Counted from the stretch's first letter, positions 1 to 9,913 are shown. The stretch is DNA of 64,000 nucleotides from an uncultured Gammaproteobacteria bacterium (GCA_964565405.1 CAZMEW010000002.1:20918-84917), one strand, 5' to 3'. A program made the numbers and translations. The notes: a model not told the origin generated them from the letters alone.

Positions 1-470
1 TTCAACAGGTATACGTCAATGCGGTTGTCTTCAACGAGTTGCAATAAGTCACGATCTCCAGTCACCAAAATACACGTAAGATCATTGTTTTCTTTCACCA
101 TTGTTTTTGCAAGTGTACCAATGAGGTCATCCGCTTCAAACCCGGTTTTGGTAAATACAGGAATATTAAATGCTTCAACGAGTTTGTGTACGAGTGGGAT
201 CTGATCATAGAGAGTCTGATCAGCCTTTACTCGAGTCGCCTTGTATTCTTTGTATATTTCATCACGAAAACTTCCTCCAGCAACGTCGAACGCTACCAGA
301 ATATACTCAGGTGTGAGATCGGCAATAACCTTCAAGAGCATTGAAGCAAATCCATAAACCGCATTCACGAGGGTCCCATCTGGGGCAGTTAGAGGAGGGA
401 GTGCATGGTATGCACGGTGGATTATGGCGTTTCCGTCGATTATGACGCAGGTTTTGTTCTTGGTAGACAT
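1..470 (-). CDS. 5'-3' exonuclease (DNA polymerase I N-terminal PIN/FEN-like domain), 3'-truncated by the window edge
   Basis: Minus-strand translation starting at the ATG complementary to 468-470 gives MSTKNKTCVIIDGNAIIHRAYHALPPL...GFEADDLIGTLA...VTGDRDLLQL. This is the classic Pol I / 5'-3' exonuclease N-terminus. It is absent from the ORF track because it runs off the window. Confidence 0.8.
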   Translation of the reverse strand, partial: MSTKNKTCVIIDGNAIIHRAYHALPPLTAPDGTLVNAVYGFASMLLKVIADLTPEYILVAFDVAGGSFRDEIYKEYKATRVKADQTLYDQIPLVHKLVEAFNIPVFTKTGFEADDLIGTLAKTMVKENNDLTCILVTGDRDLLQLVEDNRIDVYLL

Positions 471-645
471 AGATGTATAGGTTGGAGATAGTATAGCATG
501 GAACATATAACATAAAACATGTGAGACATATCGCAGAAGGCATTTTGTCATTCTTCATCTCGCAAAGGTGTTGGTTTAGGATGACAGAGGGTAGGCTAGA
601 TTGAGCAAAATTTGCTATATTAAGACAAAATATTGCATAAAAGGG

Positions 646-674
646 TTGACAAAATCCTTTATTTATGCTATACT
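646..674 (+). promoter_or_regulatory. sigma70-like promoter (TTGACA-17bp-TATACT)
   Basis: TTGACA at 646-651, a 17-bp spacer, and TATACT at 669-674, upstream of the small ORF at 751. Confidence 0.5.
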
Positions 675-750
675 CATTTGTTGGTCGATTGCAAACAGTC
701 GTCCTATTACTCTCATGTTCCGTGAGAGTAAAATTGAGTAGGGGGATAAG

Positions 751-945
751 ATGAAGATTGCGATCATTAACGCGATTCTCAGTGTGGTGCTCTTCCTGTT
801 GGGCTGGCTCCTCACGAAGGAGAATCATCCCATCATTGGCTCGATGTTGGCTGGAGCCAGTGGTAGCCTCGCAACTACTGCCATCAAAAAGTTCTGGGCC
901 TCAAGCTCAGACAAGTCCTATGGACTCCTGAAGTGTAAGACCTGA
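751..945 (+). CDS. small hydrophobic membrane protein (64 aa)
   Basis: ORF with a TM-like segment (ILSVVLFLLGWLL), preceded by a near-consensus promoter and followed by hairpins. Confidence 0.4.
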   Translation: MKIAIINAILSVVLFLLGWLLTKENHPIIGSMLAGASGSLATTAIKKFWASSSDKSYGLLKCKT

Positions 946-984
946 AAAGGTCTCCCACTCCTGGTCCGAAGGACTCAATGACCC

Positions 985-1022
985 CGCTCTGGCTATATGC
1001 TGCGCGGGGTTCATGATTTTTA
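985..1022 (+). terminator. putative rho-independent terminator
   Basis: Hairpin CCCCGC...GCGGGG followed by a T-rich tract. Confidence 0.35.
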
Positions 1023-1038
1023 TAGGGCAAAACTACCT

Positions 1039-1068
1039 TTGACAAATACCCTTCTTTTCGCTATAATC
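1039..1068 (+). promoter_or_regulatory. sigma70-like promoter for tig (TTGACA-18bp-TATAAT)
   Basis: TTGACA at 1039-1044 and TATAAT at 1063-1068. Confidence 0.5.
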
Positions 1069-1097
1069 AGCAAACTATTAGGTATAATTTATGTTAT

Positions 1098-2402
1098 ATG
1101 GAACACACATTAAAGAAACTCAAAAATTCAGAAATCGAGTTGATGATTACCGTGAATCCAGCAGAATACGAAAAACACTTGAAAAAAGCCGCCGAACGTA
1201 TTTCTGAACGAACATCAATCAAAGGATTCCGCAAAGGCCATACCCCATACGACATTGTTAAGCGTGAAATCGGGGAGATGCATATCCTGAACGAAGCACT
1301 TGAATTTATTATTCAGGAATCTTTTTTTGCAGCAGTGACCGAAGAAAAACTCGATACGATTGGCATGCCAAAAGTAAATGTAGAGAAAATTGCTCCAGGT
1401 AATGACCTTGTGTATAAAGCCGTAGTAGCACTTCTTCCAGCTGTGGATCTTCCAAAACTCGATAAAATAAAAGTACAACACAAAGCAAAGCCTGTAACTG
1501 AGACAGATGTTGATGAGGTGATTAATAACCTTACCAAAATGCAGGCAAAAGAAGTGGTAAAAAATGGAAAATCTACCAAAGTAGACAAGGTGGTAATTGA
1601 CATGAATCTGTTTGTTGACAATGTGCCCATGGAAGGCGGTCAAGCAAAAGATTATCAGGTGTACTTGTCAGAAAATCAGCATATTCCTGGATTTAATGAT
1701 CATCTGGTTGGTGTTTCAAAGGATGAAGAAAAAGAATTTACGGTTCCGTTCCCCAAAGATTATTACAATAAAACTCTTGCTGGAAAAAAAGGGACTTTTA
1801 AAGTAAAAGTAAAAGAAGTATATGAGCGACAGTTCCCAGAAATTACTGATGAGTTCGCAAAAACATTGGGGCAAGAAAGTGTTGCTAAGCTTAGAGAATT
1901 ATTATCACATAACCTTGAGCATGAAGCGCTTCATAAGGCTGATGAAGTGGCAGAAATTGAAATGTTCGATACGTTAATTGAAAAATCAAAGTTTGAAGAA
2001 ATTCCAGAAGTATTGGTCGATGCTGAGAGAAAGAAGATGTTCTATGAACTCAAGCGTGACCTCGAAAAAAATGGAATCACGGTGGATCAATATCTAGCTG
2101 ACCTGAAAAAAAGCGAGGAAGATATTCAGAAAGACTTTACTGAGCAGGCAACCAAGCGGGCGAAAGCAGCGCTCGTATCTCGACAGATTGCGCGAGATGA
2201 GAATATGATTATCGATGATAAAGAGCTTAAAGCTGAGATTGAAAAGATGAAGATTGAATACAAAGATCATCCAGAATATCTCGAAAATCTTACCAAACCA
2301 GAAGTTCAAGATTCGATTCGAGTTTACATGGTTAATCGAAAAGTAATTGAATTTTTAAAAACCAGAATTCTTACCGGAAGACCGGAGCATACACATGAGT
2401 AA
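1098..2402 (+). CDS. tig: trigger factor (ribosome-associated chaperone / PPIase)
   Basis: 434 aa. The N-terminus (ribosome-binding GFRKGH motif region), length and domain order are typical of Tig. Confidence 0.9.
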   Translation: MEHTLKKLKNSEIELMITVNPAEYEKHLKKAAERISERTSIKGFRKGHTPYDIVKREIGEMHILNEALEFIIQESFFAAVTEEKLDTIGMPKVNVEKIAPGNDLVYKAVVALLPAVDLPKLDKIKVQHKAKPVTETDVDEVINNLTKMQAKEVVKNGKSTKVDKVVIDMNLFVDNVPMEGGQAKDYQVYLSENQHIPGFNDHLVGVSKDEEKEFTVPFPKDYYNKTLAGKKGTFKVKVKEVYERQFPEITDEFAKTLGQESVAKLRELLSHNLEHEALHKADEVAEIEMFDTLIEKSKFEEIPEVLVDAERKKMFYELKRDLEKNGITVDQYLADLKKSEEDIQKDFTEQATKRAKAALVSRQIARDENMIIDDKELKAEIEKMKIEYKDHPEYLENLTKPEVQDSIRVYMVNRKVIEFLKTRILTGRPEHTHE

Positions 2403-2421
2403 TCAATTCATGGTAGTGTGA

Positions 2422-2455
2422 AAAAACAGGTGGTATAAGCCGCCTGTTTTTTGTA
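2422..2455 (+). terminator. rho-independent terminator after tig
   Basis: ACAGG(tggtataagccg)CCTGT hairpin followed by TTTTTT. Confidence 0.6.
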
Positions 2456-2467
2456 TACTGATGATAT

Positions 2468-2686
2468 ATGAGAATATCAGTTATTGTAAAAACGCGTTCT
2501 CCAAGAAGAGAGGTAACAAAAATATCGGACACAGAGTATCGGGTACGGGTGACTGCGTCTCCCGTAGATAACGAGGCGAATGAACAAGTGCGACAGCTAT
2601 TGAGCGAACATTTTAAGGTGAGTAAAACAATGATTAGAATTGCGAAGGGGAAAACTTCAAAAAATAAGATTATTGATATTGGATAA
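2468..2686 (+). CDS. DUF167 / YggU-family small protein
   Basis: 72 aa. The ...ANEQVRQLLSEHFKVSKTMIRIAKGKTSKNKII pattern resembles the UPF0235/YggU family. Confidence 0.55.
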   Translation: MRISVIVKTRSPRREVTKISDTEYRVRVTASPVDNEANEQVRQLLSEHFKVSKTMIRIAKGKTSKNKIIDIG

Positions 2687-2689
2687 AAA

Positions 2690-2756
2690 ACACCGTCTGC
2701 CCTCCTTTGTTCGACCCAAAATATTTTTTTAGGTATAACAAAGGCATGCAGACGGT
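2690..2756. repeat. long nested inverted repeat (CACCGTCTGCC...CCTTTGTT / AACAAAGG...GCAGACGGTG)
   Basis: 10-bp and 8-bp perfect inverted repeats form a hairpin of about 21 bp with an AT-rich loop. It lies between two convergent genes and at the edge of a GC-rich patch. Confidence 0.45.
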
Positions 2757-2806
2757 GAATGGTGTTCGCTCGGGTGTGGATTGACCGTGACATGCCAAGG
2801 ACAGAA

Positions 2807-3151
2807 TTAGTTCTTTGAAATTGCATGTTCCGATCGCGTGAGAGGGCGCCAGTCGTCGCAGTGGTTCAGGTGGTCGCCGTAGATGGCAACTTCCTCGAAC
2901 CGAGTGAAATCCCCCAGACGGGGACAGTCGGTGAACCAATAGATTTCGTCGAGGTCCATATTCATGATGAAAATAGTATATTCACCACGAAACACGGGAT
3001 ATCCGATTGCAGGTCGCCGGTCGAGTGCGGCCACGATCGTGTTCCGTCCGTGCTCACTGATCAGCAGTAGTGGACCGATCACGAATAAGATCGTGTAGGT
3101 CCAGATGAGTGCTTCGATGCGAAGCCGTTTTACTTTAGGTTTTTCTGCCAT
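2807..3151 (-). CDS. hypothetical membrane-anchored protein in a GC-rich patch
   Basis: Start at MAEKPKVKRLRIEALIWTYTILFVIGPLLLI, which has one TM segment. Local GC is visibly higher than the flanks. The antisense ORF 2825-3070 was rejected. Confidence 0.4.
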   Translation of the reverse strand: MAEKPKVKRLRIEALIWTYTILFVIGPLLLISEHGRNTIVAALDRRPAIGYPVFRGEYTIFIMNMDLDEIYWFTDCPRLGDFTRFEEVAIYGDHLNHCDDWRPLTRSEHAISKN

Positions 3152-3215
3152 CTCAATTCTCCGTTGGGAAAGAGCGAACATTAGTATCTATTAATCCCAG
3201 AAAGGATAAAAGGTG

Positions 3216-4337
3216 TCAAGTTTTTTTAAATTTCCAAATTTCACGACCAACGAATTGATTTTCTCGATGGTAGAGCAGGGAGGTGTGGGTCGAGTCAAAG
3301 GGGATTATTTCAAATCCAAGTTTTTCTATTTCTTTTTCAGCACCAATCTTTATCCACTCTTTTTCAGATTTGAACATGGGTATGATAAAAATAACTACCG
3401 CCCCTGTATATAGGATAGTATTAAAACTGCAAAAACTTTTGGTATAGAGATCTTTGAGATCACGTGCCTGAGTCTGGAGTACGGGGTTACTTTCATGCCC
3501 ATGGAGTGGTTTGCCCATGTATGGCTCTGAGATAATCGCATGAATACTATCTTTTTTGAAAATATGTTCAAGTTTGGTGGCGGACGCAAGATGAATTGCG
3601 GTGTGAACTTTTTTTTCGGGGTTGTCTTTCAAAAACCAACCCACATTTGCAATAGAATCTTCCACTGCTTTGTCGGAATTATCTGATCCTGAAACATGTG
3701 TATATCCGAGCGATAATGCTTCGGTTAGAACCGTTCCAGAACCACAGAACGGATCGAGGATGGGGGCGTCGAGAGGGCTCTCCGAGAGATTCACCATGAT
3801 ACGAGCAAGTTTGGGAGGGAGCATGCCACTCCTGCTATCAGTGCGTGGCCGTTCATAATCACGTTTAGTAAAGGATTCAATATCTTGTACGGCAATAGTT
3901 ACAAACCACTCATTTCCAATATGGGTAATATCACCCTTTTTTTCAACCAAATTATTATGAATAATGGTTGCTGCATTCTTCGCCTCGATATATCGGACTG
4001 ATCTACCTTTTTGTTTTAGATATTTTTTTACTTCAAGTGCTAGGGATTTTGAACTAAAGCCGGTAAGCGAAAAATGAATTTTCCCTTCGTTGGTTTCTAG
4101 ATGCTTGGCAATAGTTAGAATATCAGTATCTTTTTGTTCAATTGCGCGCGCGATTTTAATGGTACCTCCCAAGATACGCATCAAATCATTCGCCGGTAGA
4201 GCGATTGAAGACTCGAGAATCAAGTGTGATACCGTGGTATTGATTTCTTGATATGGTAGTGATAGTCGGCGAAGTACAGATCGCACCTCAGCACACGAAA
4301 TGTGTGGCTGATGACCGAGTTCAAACGCGTATTTCAT
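3216..4337 (-). CDS. SAM-dependent RNA (guanine-N2 / adenine-N6 type) methyltransferase, THUMP-like N-terminus
   Basis: LDPFCGSGT SAM-binding motif. The overall architecture resembles Trm14/RlmL-type N2-G methylases. Confidence 0.65.
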   Translation of the reverse strand: MKYAFELGHQPHISCAEVRSVLRRLSLPYQEINTTVSHLILESSIALPANDLMRILGGTIKIARAIEQKDTDILTIAKHLETNEGKIHFSLTGFSSKSLALEVKKYLKQKGRSVRYIEAKNAATIIHNNLVEKKGDITHIGNEWFVTIAVQDIESFTKRDYERPRTDSRSGMLPPKLARIMVNLSESPLDAPILDPFCGSGTVLTEALSLGYTHVSGSDNSDKAVEDSIANVGWFLKDNPEKKVHTAIHLASATKLEHIFKKDSIHAIISEPYMGKPLHGHESNPVLQTQARDLKDLYTKSFCSFNTILYTGAVVIFIIPMFKSEKEWIKIGAEKEIEKLGFEIIPFDSTHTSLLYHRENQFVGREIWKFKKT

Positions 4338-4732
4338 AGAGAAGTGGAAGAAGAGGTTTCTGCAGAGCTCGAGGGCGTACTGGTGGTGCGCAAATCAAAA
4401 AGATTTGATTGTGTTGAGGTAATTGCACGGTCATAGAACGGATTTCGGGAATATGGTACAAATGTAAAATTTTGCTTTGCCTGGTCAATCGAGAGTATCT
4501 GTTCAAGAAGTTTAAAATTAATTGGAGCAACTCGGGCAGACATAGACTCGACTTGAAATATTGTTTCATAATGAGCAAGTCGATTGGACATGGTATATAC
4601 AATCCAGGTTGCATAACTTACCATAATGAGAGATAAGCAGGCAACCCCTATGGTAATAAATCTCAATATAGAAACATTCGCATATTCGGGGGGGATGGGA
4701 TTGTGGATTTTTTTGGGAGTAGTGGAAGTCAT
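4334..4732 (-). CDS. hypothetical membrane protein, last gene of the T4P assembly operon (PilP-like position)
   Basis: Single N-terminal TM segment and a Ser/Thr-rich tail. Its position directly after pilO is the basis for the call. Confidence 0.4.
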   Translation of the reverse strand: MTSTTPKKIHNPIPPEYANVSILRFITIGVACLSLIMVSYATWIVYTMSNRLAHYETIFQVESMSARVAPINFKLLEQILSIDQAKQNFTFVPYSRNPFYDRAITSTQSNLFDLRTTSTPSSSAETSSSTSL

Positions 4733-4734
4733 AC

Positions 4735-5283
4735 TTAGGATTCAATAAAACTATTCAAAGTCGCACTGAAATTAATGGTAACAAATTCACCTTCTAGGCT
4801 CGATGTTTTTTCGAGATCCAGTTTGCCAATATTCAAGTAATAGGGGATGGATTCGAGTTCAGCGAGATAACTCATGATATTTTCAAATACCCCGGTAGTC
4901 CTAAAAGAAAATAGATAATATCCACCAAAAGGACCGGCGGTTTCATATTCTTTGAAAGAAACAGAAAGTTCCTGTTGAACATTGTGCTTGTCTGCAATTA
5001 ATTCAATAAGACCGATCAATTTATTTTCTTCAGATCGCTCAGTCGCGATACGGTCAGTTTTTGATAACTCTTCTCTTACGGTCTTAATCTCGCTAAGCGA
5101 TCGACGCAAAAGGCGGACACGTTCAAATTCGGCATTTTCTGATTGTACTTGCGCAACCATGGCGTTTGTTGTGTCAGTAATTGACTTGAGTGATGGGCGT
5201 ATCAATAACATTATTATTACAATGCTAAGAGATGCAAAGAATAGTATGGTAATAACGAGTTTGTGTGTAATAGTGAAACGCAT
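4735..5283 (-). CDS. pilO: type IV pilus assembly protein PilO-like
   Basis: N-terminal TM segment plus a coiled-coil, about 180 aa, in the pilM-N-O order. Confidence 0.55.
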   Translation of the reverse strand: MRFTITHKLVITILFFASLSIVIIMLLIRPSLKSITDTTNAMVAQVQSENAEFERVRLLRRSLSEIKTVREELSKTDRIATERSEENKLIGLIELIADKHNVQQELSVSFKEYETAGPFGGYYLFSFRTTGVFENIMSYLAELESIPYYLNIGKLDLEKTSSLEGEFVTINFSATLNSFIES

Positions 5284-5286
5284 AGA

Positions 5287-5817
5287 TTATTTGAGTATCG
5301 CGGTGATCGTAAAAGGAATATTTTCTTTTCGGGTGAGTTCTCCCTCAGGTATGGTTACTGCTTCAAGGGAGGGCAAACTTTTTACCGCCTTCTCACAGCG
5401 TGCAAGTGTGTCACGATTCTCGGCAACTCCAGCAAGAGAAAATGTGTGTGAATCGCGATCAAAGATGACCGAACTTACCTCAACACCTTCAGGAAGTATA
5501 TTGAAAATTTCATGAATTCGAGGTGACCAGAGGATAAATTGTTTTTGTATTTCGTCTACAGTCTGGATTTGATTATTAATATCAACGATGTGTTTTGTAT
5601 CCGTATGATACGAATTTTTTTGAGAAAGCATACTCACGGTGAGTGCTGCCTGGTAATTGATAAAAAAACTCTGAGCAATAAGTAGAATTGCTGCGAGAAT
5701 TGCAACAATTGAAAAAACTAATGCGCATGAAGTCTTGAGGTAAGTAAAAAGTGCAAGTCTTTTTAAATGCGTCTTTTTGGTATCTGATAATACGTTGATT
5801 CTGACTGGAAACATCAT
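5287..5817 (-). CDS. pilN: type IV pilus assembly protein PilN-like
   Basis: Bitopic protein with N-terminal TM segment, 176 aa, directly downstream of pilM. Confidence 0.55.
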   Translation of the reverse strand: MMFPVRINVLSDTKKTHLKRLALFTYLKTSCALVFSIVAILAAILLIAQSFFINYQAALTVSMLSQKNSYHTDTKHIVDINNQIQTVDEIQKQFILWSPRIHEIFNILPEGVEVSSVIFDRDSHTFSLAGVAENRDTLARCEKAVKSLPSLEAVTIPEGELTRKENIPFTITAILK

Positions 5818-5822
5818 AATAT

Positions 5823-6929
5823 TTAGATGGTATCTCGAGTGGTGAAAGGATTGTCTGCAGCACGAAGGGCAAGGCCGATAGCAGTGGCGTAGGTAAGTGC
5901 TGATGTATTATCCATGGGTGCGTGTGCGGGATCGATTCCTAAATTTTTCCATACATTACCGCGTACACATTCAATAGAGAGGAGCTTACTGAGAACTTCA
6001 TCAAGATGTGGAAGGTTGCACGCGCCACCGCACAACACCATACGTGTAATTCGATGGGCGTGTACATTGTGTCCGTAGTATGATGAGAAAGTATGTTCAA
6101 GCGCGTGTGCAAACTGTGTTACAAATTTGAGAAGAACATTATCCTTCTTTTTACCTTCAGAAATCGAAAGGCCCACTTCTTTTTTTATTTTTTCAGCGGC
6201 AACTACATCCACCTTTTCTGTTTGCATGATTGCATTGGTAAGAATTTCACCTGAGAAGGGGAGTACTGTACTGAATTGTATCACGTCTCGATCATAGATT
6301 ATAACTTGTGTTCGGGTAGATCCAATATCAATGATTGCACGGGCTTCCTCTTTGTATTCTTTGTGTGCTGTGACCATAGACCGAGCAATGGCGACCTCCT
6401 CAATTTCAAGGGCCATAACACCAAGTCCGAGACTCTCAAGTAAATAGGTATAACTATCACCTACACGCTTGGGGATTGCTCCAACAAGTATTCGCATGTC
6501 AGTCTCAGTAGTTTCTGGTTGCACCACGTGCCAATCGATAGAATAATTTTCAACGTCATCAACAGGAAGATATTGTCCGATGTACGGTATAAGATCAGAC
6601 GATTGGATCGAACCCATCTCGTGTTCTGGAATCGTAATTAACTTGAGAAAACTATGATTTTCAGGAACTGAAGCAACAACCCAAGGACTCTTGATAGATT
6701 TTTCTCCTTTGTTTGATCCTCTGATTAGCTGTTCAATTTTTTTTCGGAGTGCTTCGGGTTGTTCAATAAGTCCATTAACAACCAATCCGGGTTCAAGAGG
6801 GCACATACGCATCGCAACAGGTGCAAACGTGGTACTCCGAAGCTTTTCTACGTTCTTAAGTTGGACCAGTTTTACTGAACGGTCTCCAATATCAATACCA
6901 AATGCATGAGGAAATGGGTGTGAGAGCAT
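5823..6929 (-). CDS. pilM: type IV pilus assembly protein PilM (actin-like ATPase fold)
   Basis: GIDIGDRSVKLV...IDIGSTRTQVIIYDRD, an FtsA/PilM-like fold. Confidence 0.8.
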   Translation of the reverse strand: MLSHPFPHAFGIDIGDRSVKLVQLKNVEKLRSTTFAPVAMRMCPLEPGLVVNGLIEQPEALRKKIEQLIRGSNKGEKSIKSPWVVASVPENHSFLKLITIPEHEMGSIQSSDLIPYIGQYLPVDDVENYSIDWHVVQPETTETDMRILVGAIPKRVGDSYTYLLESLGLGVMALEIEEVAIARSMVTAHKEYKEEARAIIDIGSTRTQVIIYDRDVIQFSTVLPFSGEILTNAIMQTEKVDVVAAEKIKKEVGLSISEGKKKDNVLLKFVTQFAHALEHTFSSYYGHNVHAHRITRMVLCGGACNLPHLDEVLSKLLSIECVRGNVWKNLGIDPAHAPMDNTSALTYATAIGLALRAADNPFTTRDTI

Positions 6930-6938
6930 GTGATGAGT

Positions 6939-8030
6939 CTAAAAAGTTTGAATAAGTGAATACATCGGCATGATAATGGATACTGCGATTCCTGCGACTC
7001 CAACGCCGAGCAGAATAATAACCACTGGTTCGATAATAGTCGAAAAGTTTTTCATGGTCTTATCTACCTCGTTTGAATAAAATGACGCAAGTTCTTGGAG
7101 TAAATGATCAATCTCACCAGTTTTTTCTCCAACCATTACCATTTCGGTAACCATGGGTGGAAATAAATTTTCAGAACGTGCAAGAATATCGGAAAGTTGT
7201 TCACCTTTTGATAGTGTCTCAGTCGCTTCCTTGAGAGCTTTTTGGTAACGTACATTTTTGCAAGTTTCACCGGCGATTCTCACTGCATCAACGATGGGGA
7301 TGGTGCTTTTCAAAAGTGAAGAAAGTGTCATGGAAAAACGAGCTAGATTGATTTTTTTGGATATTAAACCAAAAATCGGGAGACGGAGAAAAATACCGTG
7401 CATAATAAATCGGAAGGATTGATTTTTTTTTAACATAAACAGAAATATCGCCATGGACAGTATCGTCGCTCCTAAAACTAGGATGAGGTTGATAGGATTG
7501 GAAAGAAAATCGGTTACCGCGATCAGTATCCGAGTAGATAGAGGCAATTCAGCGCCAAATTCATCAAACATCGCGGTAAGTTTTGGTAATACGAGGGTCA
7601 CCATGAGAATACCTATAACGATGATCGCACCGACGATTACCGAGGGGTAAATCATGGCACCTTTGACAGTCGAGGTGAGTTCATGGCTTTTTTTCATTTG
7701 AACAACGACCTGATCGAGCGCGTCCTCAAGCTTTCCTGCAATTTCACCAGATGCAATCATGTTTGTTTGTAGGGGCGGAAAAATTTTTGGGTATAATTTG
7801 AGACTCTCGCTCAGTTGGTTACCTTTTTCCACATATTGGGTGATATCATGTACGATTGAGGCAAATTTTTTATTTTGAGTTTCTTTTCCGAGTACATGCA
7901 AACCCTCAATGAGTGATAGGCCTGCATGTATCATAGTCCTTAAATGGTCGAGAAAAAAAATCCGATCTACAATTGGGACGTGGATAAAGCCGATACGTTT
8001 GGGAGGAGATTGTATTTCTACATCTTTCAT
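6939..8030 (-). CDS. pilC: type IV pilus inner-membrane platform protein PilC (GspF family)
   Basis: Two T2SSF repeats and three TM regions. The ORF track start at 8069 overlaps pilB, and the internal Met at 8030 is the likelier start. Confidence 0.85.
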   Translation of the reverse strand: MKDVEIQSPPKRIGFIHVPIVDRIFFLDHLRTMIHAGLSLIEGLHVLGKETQNKKFASIVHDITQYVEKGNQLSESLKLYPKIFPPLQTNMIASGEIAGKLEDALDQVVVQMKKSHELTSTVKGAMIYPSVIVGAIIVIGILMVTLVLPKLTAMFDEFGAELPLSTRILIAVTDFLSNPINLILVLGATILSMAIFLFMLKKNQSFRFIMHGIFLRLPIFGLISKKINLARFSMTLSSLLKSTIPIVDAVRIAGETCKNVRYQKALKEATETLSKGEQLSDILARSENLFPPMVTEMVMVGEKTGEIDHLLQELASFYSNEVDKTMKNFSTIIEPVVIILLGVGVAGIAVSIIMPMYSLIQTF

Positions 8031-8037
8031 AAGTGGT

Positions 8038-9753
8038 TTAGTCTTTGGTGGCGCGAAGAATCTCTTCAATAGTGGTCAGTCCTTGCTTTGCCTTTATCAA
8101 TCCGTCCTGGAGTAAGGTGATCATGCCATTTTTAAGAGCATATTCTTTGATTTCTGTCGCATTTGCCTTGGTATTGATAATTTTTTGGAGTCCAGGATCG
8201 ATGACCATGACTTCATAGATTCCAATTCTACCCTTATACCCAGAGCCACCGCATTTTTTGCAACCCTTGCCTCGGTAGAACGTGAAGGATTCCAATGTTT
8301 TTTCTGTACTTGAAAGCTTTAAATGTTGTTCTTTGAATAAAGTGGAAAGTTTTGTTTTGTCGATCAAAACATGTAGTTGTTTTAATTCCTTACTTTCCAG
8401 TTTGAATGATTCTTTGCAATTCTGACATATTTTTCTGACTAAGCGCTGAGCAATAATGATGTTTGCAGTGAATGCAACAAGAAAGGGCGGGATGTCCATG
8501 TCAAGAAGACGGGGTAAAGTGGTCGGAGCGTCGTTGGTATGGAGCGTTGAAAGTACGAGGTGTCCAGTCATTGCTGCATGGATAGCTATTTCAGCCGTTT
8601 CCTTGTCTCGGATTTCTCCCACCATGATAATGTCAGGATCTTGGCGAAGAAATGCTCTGAGACCAGAGGCAAAGGTAAAACCAGCCTTAGGATTAATCTG
8701 GCTCTGATTGATACCACTAACGTGATACTCGATCGGATCCTCAATCGTGCAGATATTCACATCAGGTTGATTGAGCATGCCGAGAATAGAGTACAAGGTA
8801 GTCGTTTTTCCAGAACCCGTAGGACCAGTGACGAGAACCATACCGTGTGGTTTTTCAATCGCTTCCTCTACCAATTCTTTAACTCCTGGGAGAAAGCCGA
8901 GTTCATCGAGAGTGAGAGCCTTCTGCCCCTCATGCAACAAACGCATAACAATTTTTTCTCCATCGTATACAGGAATAATAGATACCCGAAAAGAAAGTGT
9001 TTCACCTTGTACTGAAATTTTGAATCGTCCGTCTTGCGGAACCATATGTTCATCAATTTTCAGATTTGAGAGAATTTTAATTCGAGCAACAATACCACTT
9101 TGGACTGCTTTGGGTAAATGCATCATCTCACGCAAGATTCCATCAATACGAAAGCGCACCACTACATCCAATTCAGTTGGTTCAATGTGTATATCACTTG
9201 AATTTTCAAAAACCGAGTGTTCGAGGACTGTATTGACGATATTGATAATAGGGAGCTCTTCGGCTGCTTTCTTCAAATCAGTGGGCTCTGAATGTGAAAG
9301 CGGTTGACTAAGTTCTTGTTTTAAATCAGAGTGATATTTACGCAGCGATTCTTTGATTTCTCGAGGAATAGTGATAAATATTTCAATATCCTTTCTAGTT
9401 TTTCTTCGGATAAATTCAATGGTCTGAACATCGGTTGGATCAGTCAAAGCAATCTTGAGTGAAGAATCAGTTTTTTCAAACGCAATAATATGGTGTGCTT
9501 CTGCAAAGGCTTCAGGTAGTTCATACAATGTTTCCTCAGGGATGTCGCGTCCTTTAAGAGAAATTCGCGAAACACCGTACTCATTAGCAATTGCATCATA
9601 GAGAGTATCTTCTTTGACAACATTTTTTTCGACTAGGTGAGTTTCAAGATCTTTACCACGATTGCGTGCGTCTTCAAGATAGGTCTCAATCTGAGAATCA
9701 GAAAGTTTGAATTTTTTTACAAGAATTTTTTTGAATTCTTCCAATGGTAACAT
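8038..9753 (-). CDS. pilB: type IV pilus assembly ATPase PilB (GspE family)
   Basis: Walker A motif VLVTGPTGSGKTTTLYS and a C-terminal tetracysteine Zn motif CQNCKESF...CKKCGGSG, with an N-terminal GSPII_E_N domain. Confidence 0.9.
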   Translation of the reverse strand: MLPLEEFKKILVKKFKLSDSQIETYLEDARNRGKDLETHLVEKNVVKEDTLYDAIANEYGVSRISLKGRDIPEETLYELPEAFAEAHHIIAFEKTDSSLKIALTDPTDVQTIEFIRRKTRKDIEIFITIPREIKESLRKYHSDLKQELSQPLSHSEPTDLKKAAEELPIINIVNTVLEHSVFENSSDIHIEPTELDVVVRFRIDGILREMMHLPKAVQSGIVARIKILSNLKIDEHMVPQDGRFKISVQGETLSFRVSIIPVYDGEKIVMRLLHEGQKALTLDELGFLPGVKELVEEAIEKPHGMVLVTGPTGSGKTTTLYSILGMLNQPDVNICTIEDPIEYHVSGINQSQINPKAGFTFASGLRAFLRQDPDIIMVGEIRDKETAEIAIHAAMTGHLVLSTLHTNDAPTTLPRLLDMDIPPFLVAFTANIIIAQRLVRKICQNCKESFKLESKELKQLHVLIDKTKLSTLFKEQHLKLSSTEKTLESFTFYRGKGCKKCGGSGYKGRIGIYEVMVIDPGLQKIINTKANATEIKEYALKNGMITLLQDGLIKAKQGLTTIEEILRATKD

Positions 9754-9913
9754 AAGAAAATGAGTTGAAGCTCAAGTAATCAGTGCATAGTATAGCATAT
9801 TTGAAAATCAAAAGGAAAAATCAAAAGTCAAAACAAAACGTCGATTTATTTTTTAACTAGTGTGTATTAGTTTTTTACATTTTTAGGCGCACCTTTTCCT
9901 TTATAGGCTGTAT

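Noticed and set aside
19-204. 61-aa plus-strand ORF
   Set aside because: It is antisense to the 5'-3' exonuclease gene.
307-828. 173-aa minus-strand ORF from the ORF track
   Set aside because: It is in a different frame from, and overlaps, the clearly recognisable Pol I-type 5'-3' exonuclease coding sequence (1-470, minus) and the promoter and small ORF at 646-945. It has low-complexity composition and is likely spurious.
1215-2309. Several antisense ORFs inside tig (1215-1643, 1313-1630, 2094-2309)
   Set aside because: They are antisense to a confidently identified gene. They are AT-rich, have low-complexity translations, and no RBS or promoter.
2825-3070. 81-aa plus-strand ORF in the GC-rich patch
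   Set aside because: The opposite-strand ORF (2807-3151) has a plausible TM helix and a better start context. Only one can be real, and this choice is of low confidence.
8456-9307. Antisense ORFs inside pilB (8456-8707, 8560-9015, 8771-9307)
   Set aside because: They are antisense to the PilB ATPase gene with its intact Walker and zinc motifs.
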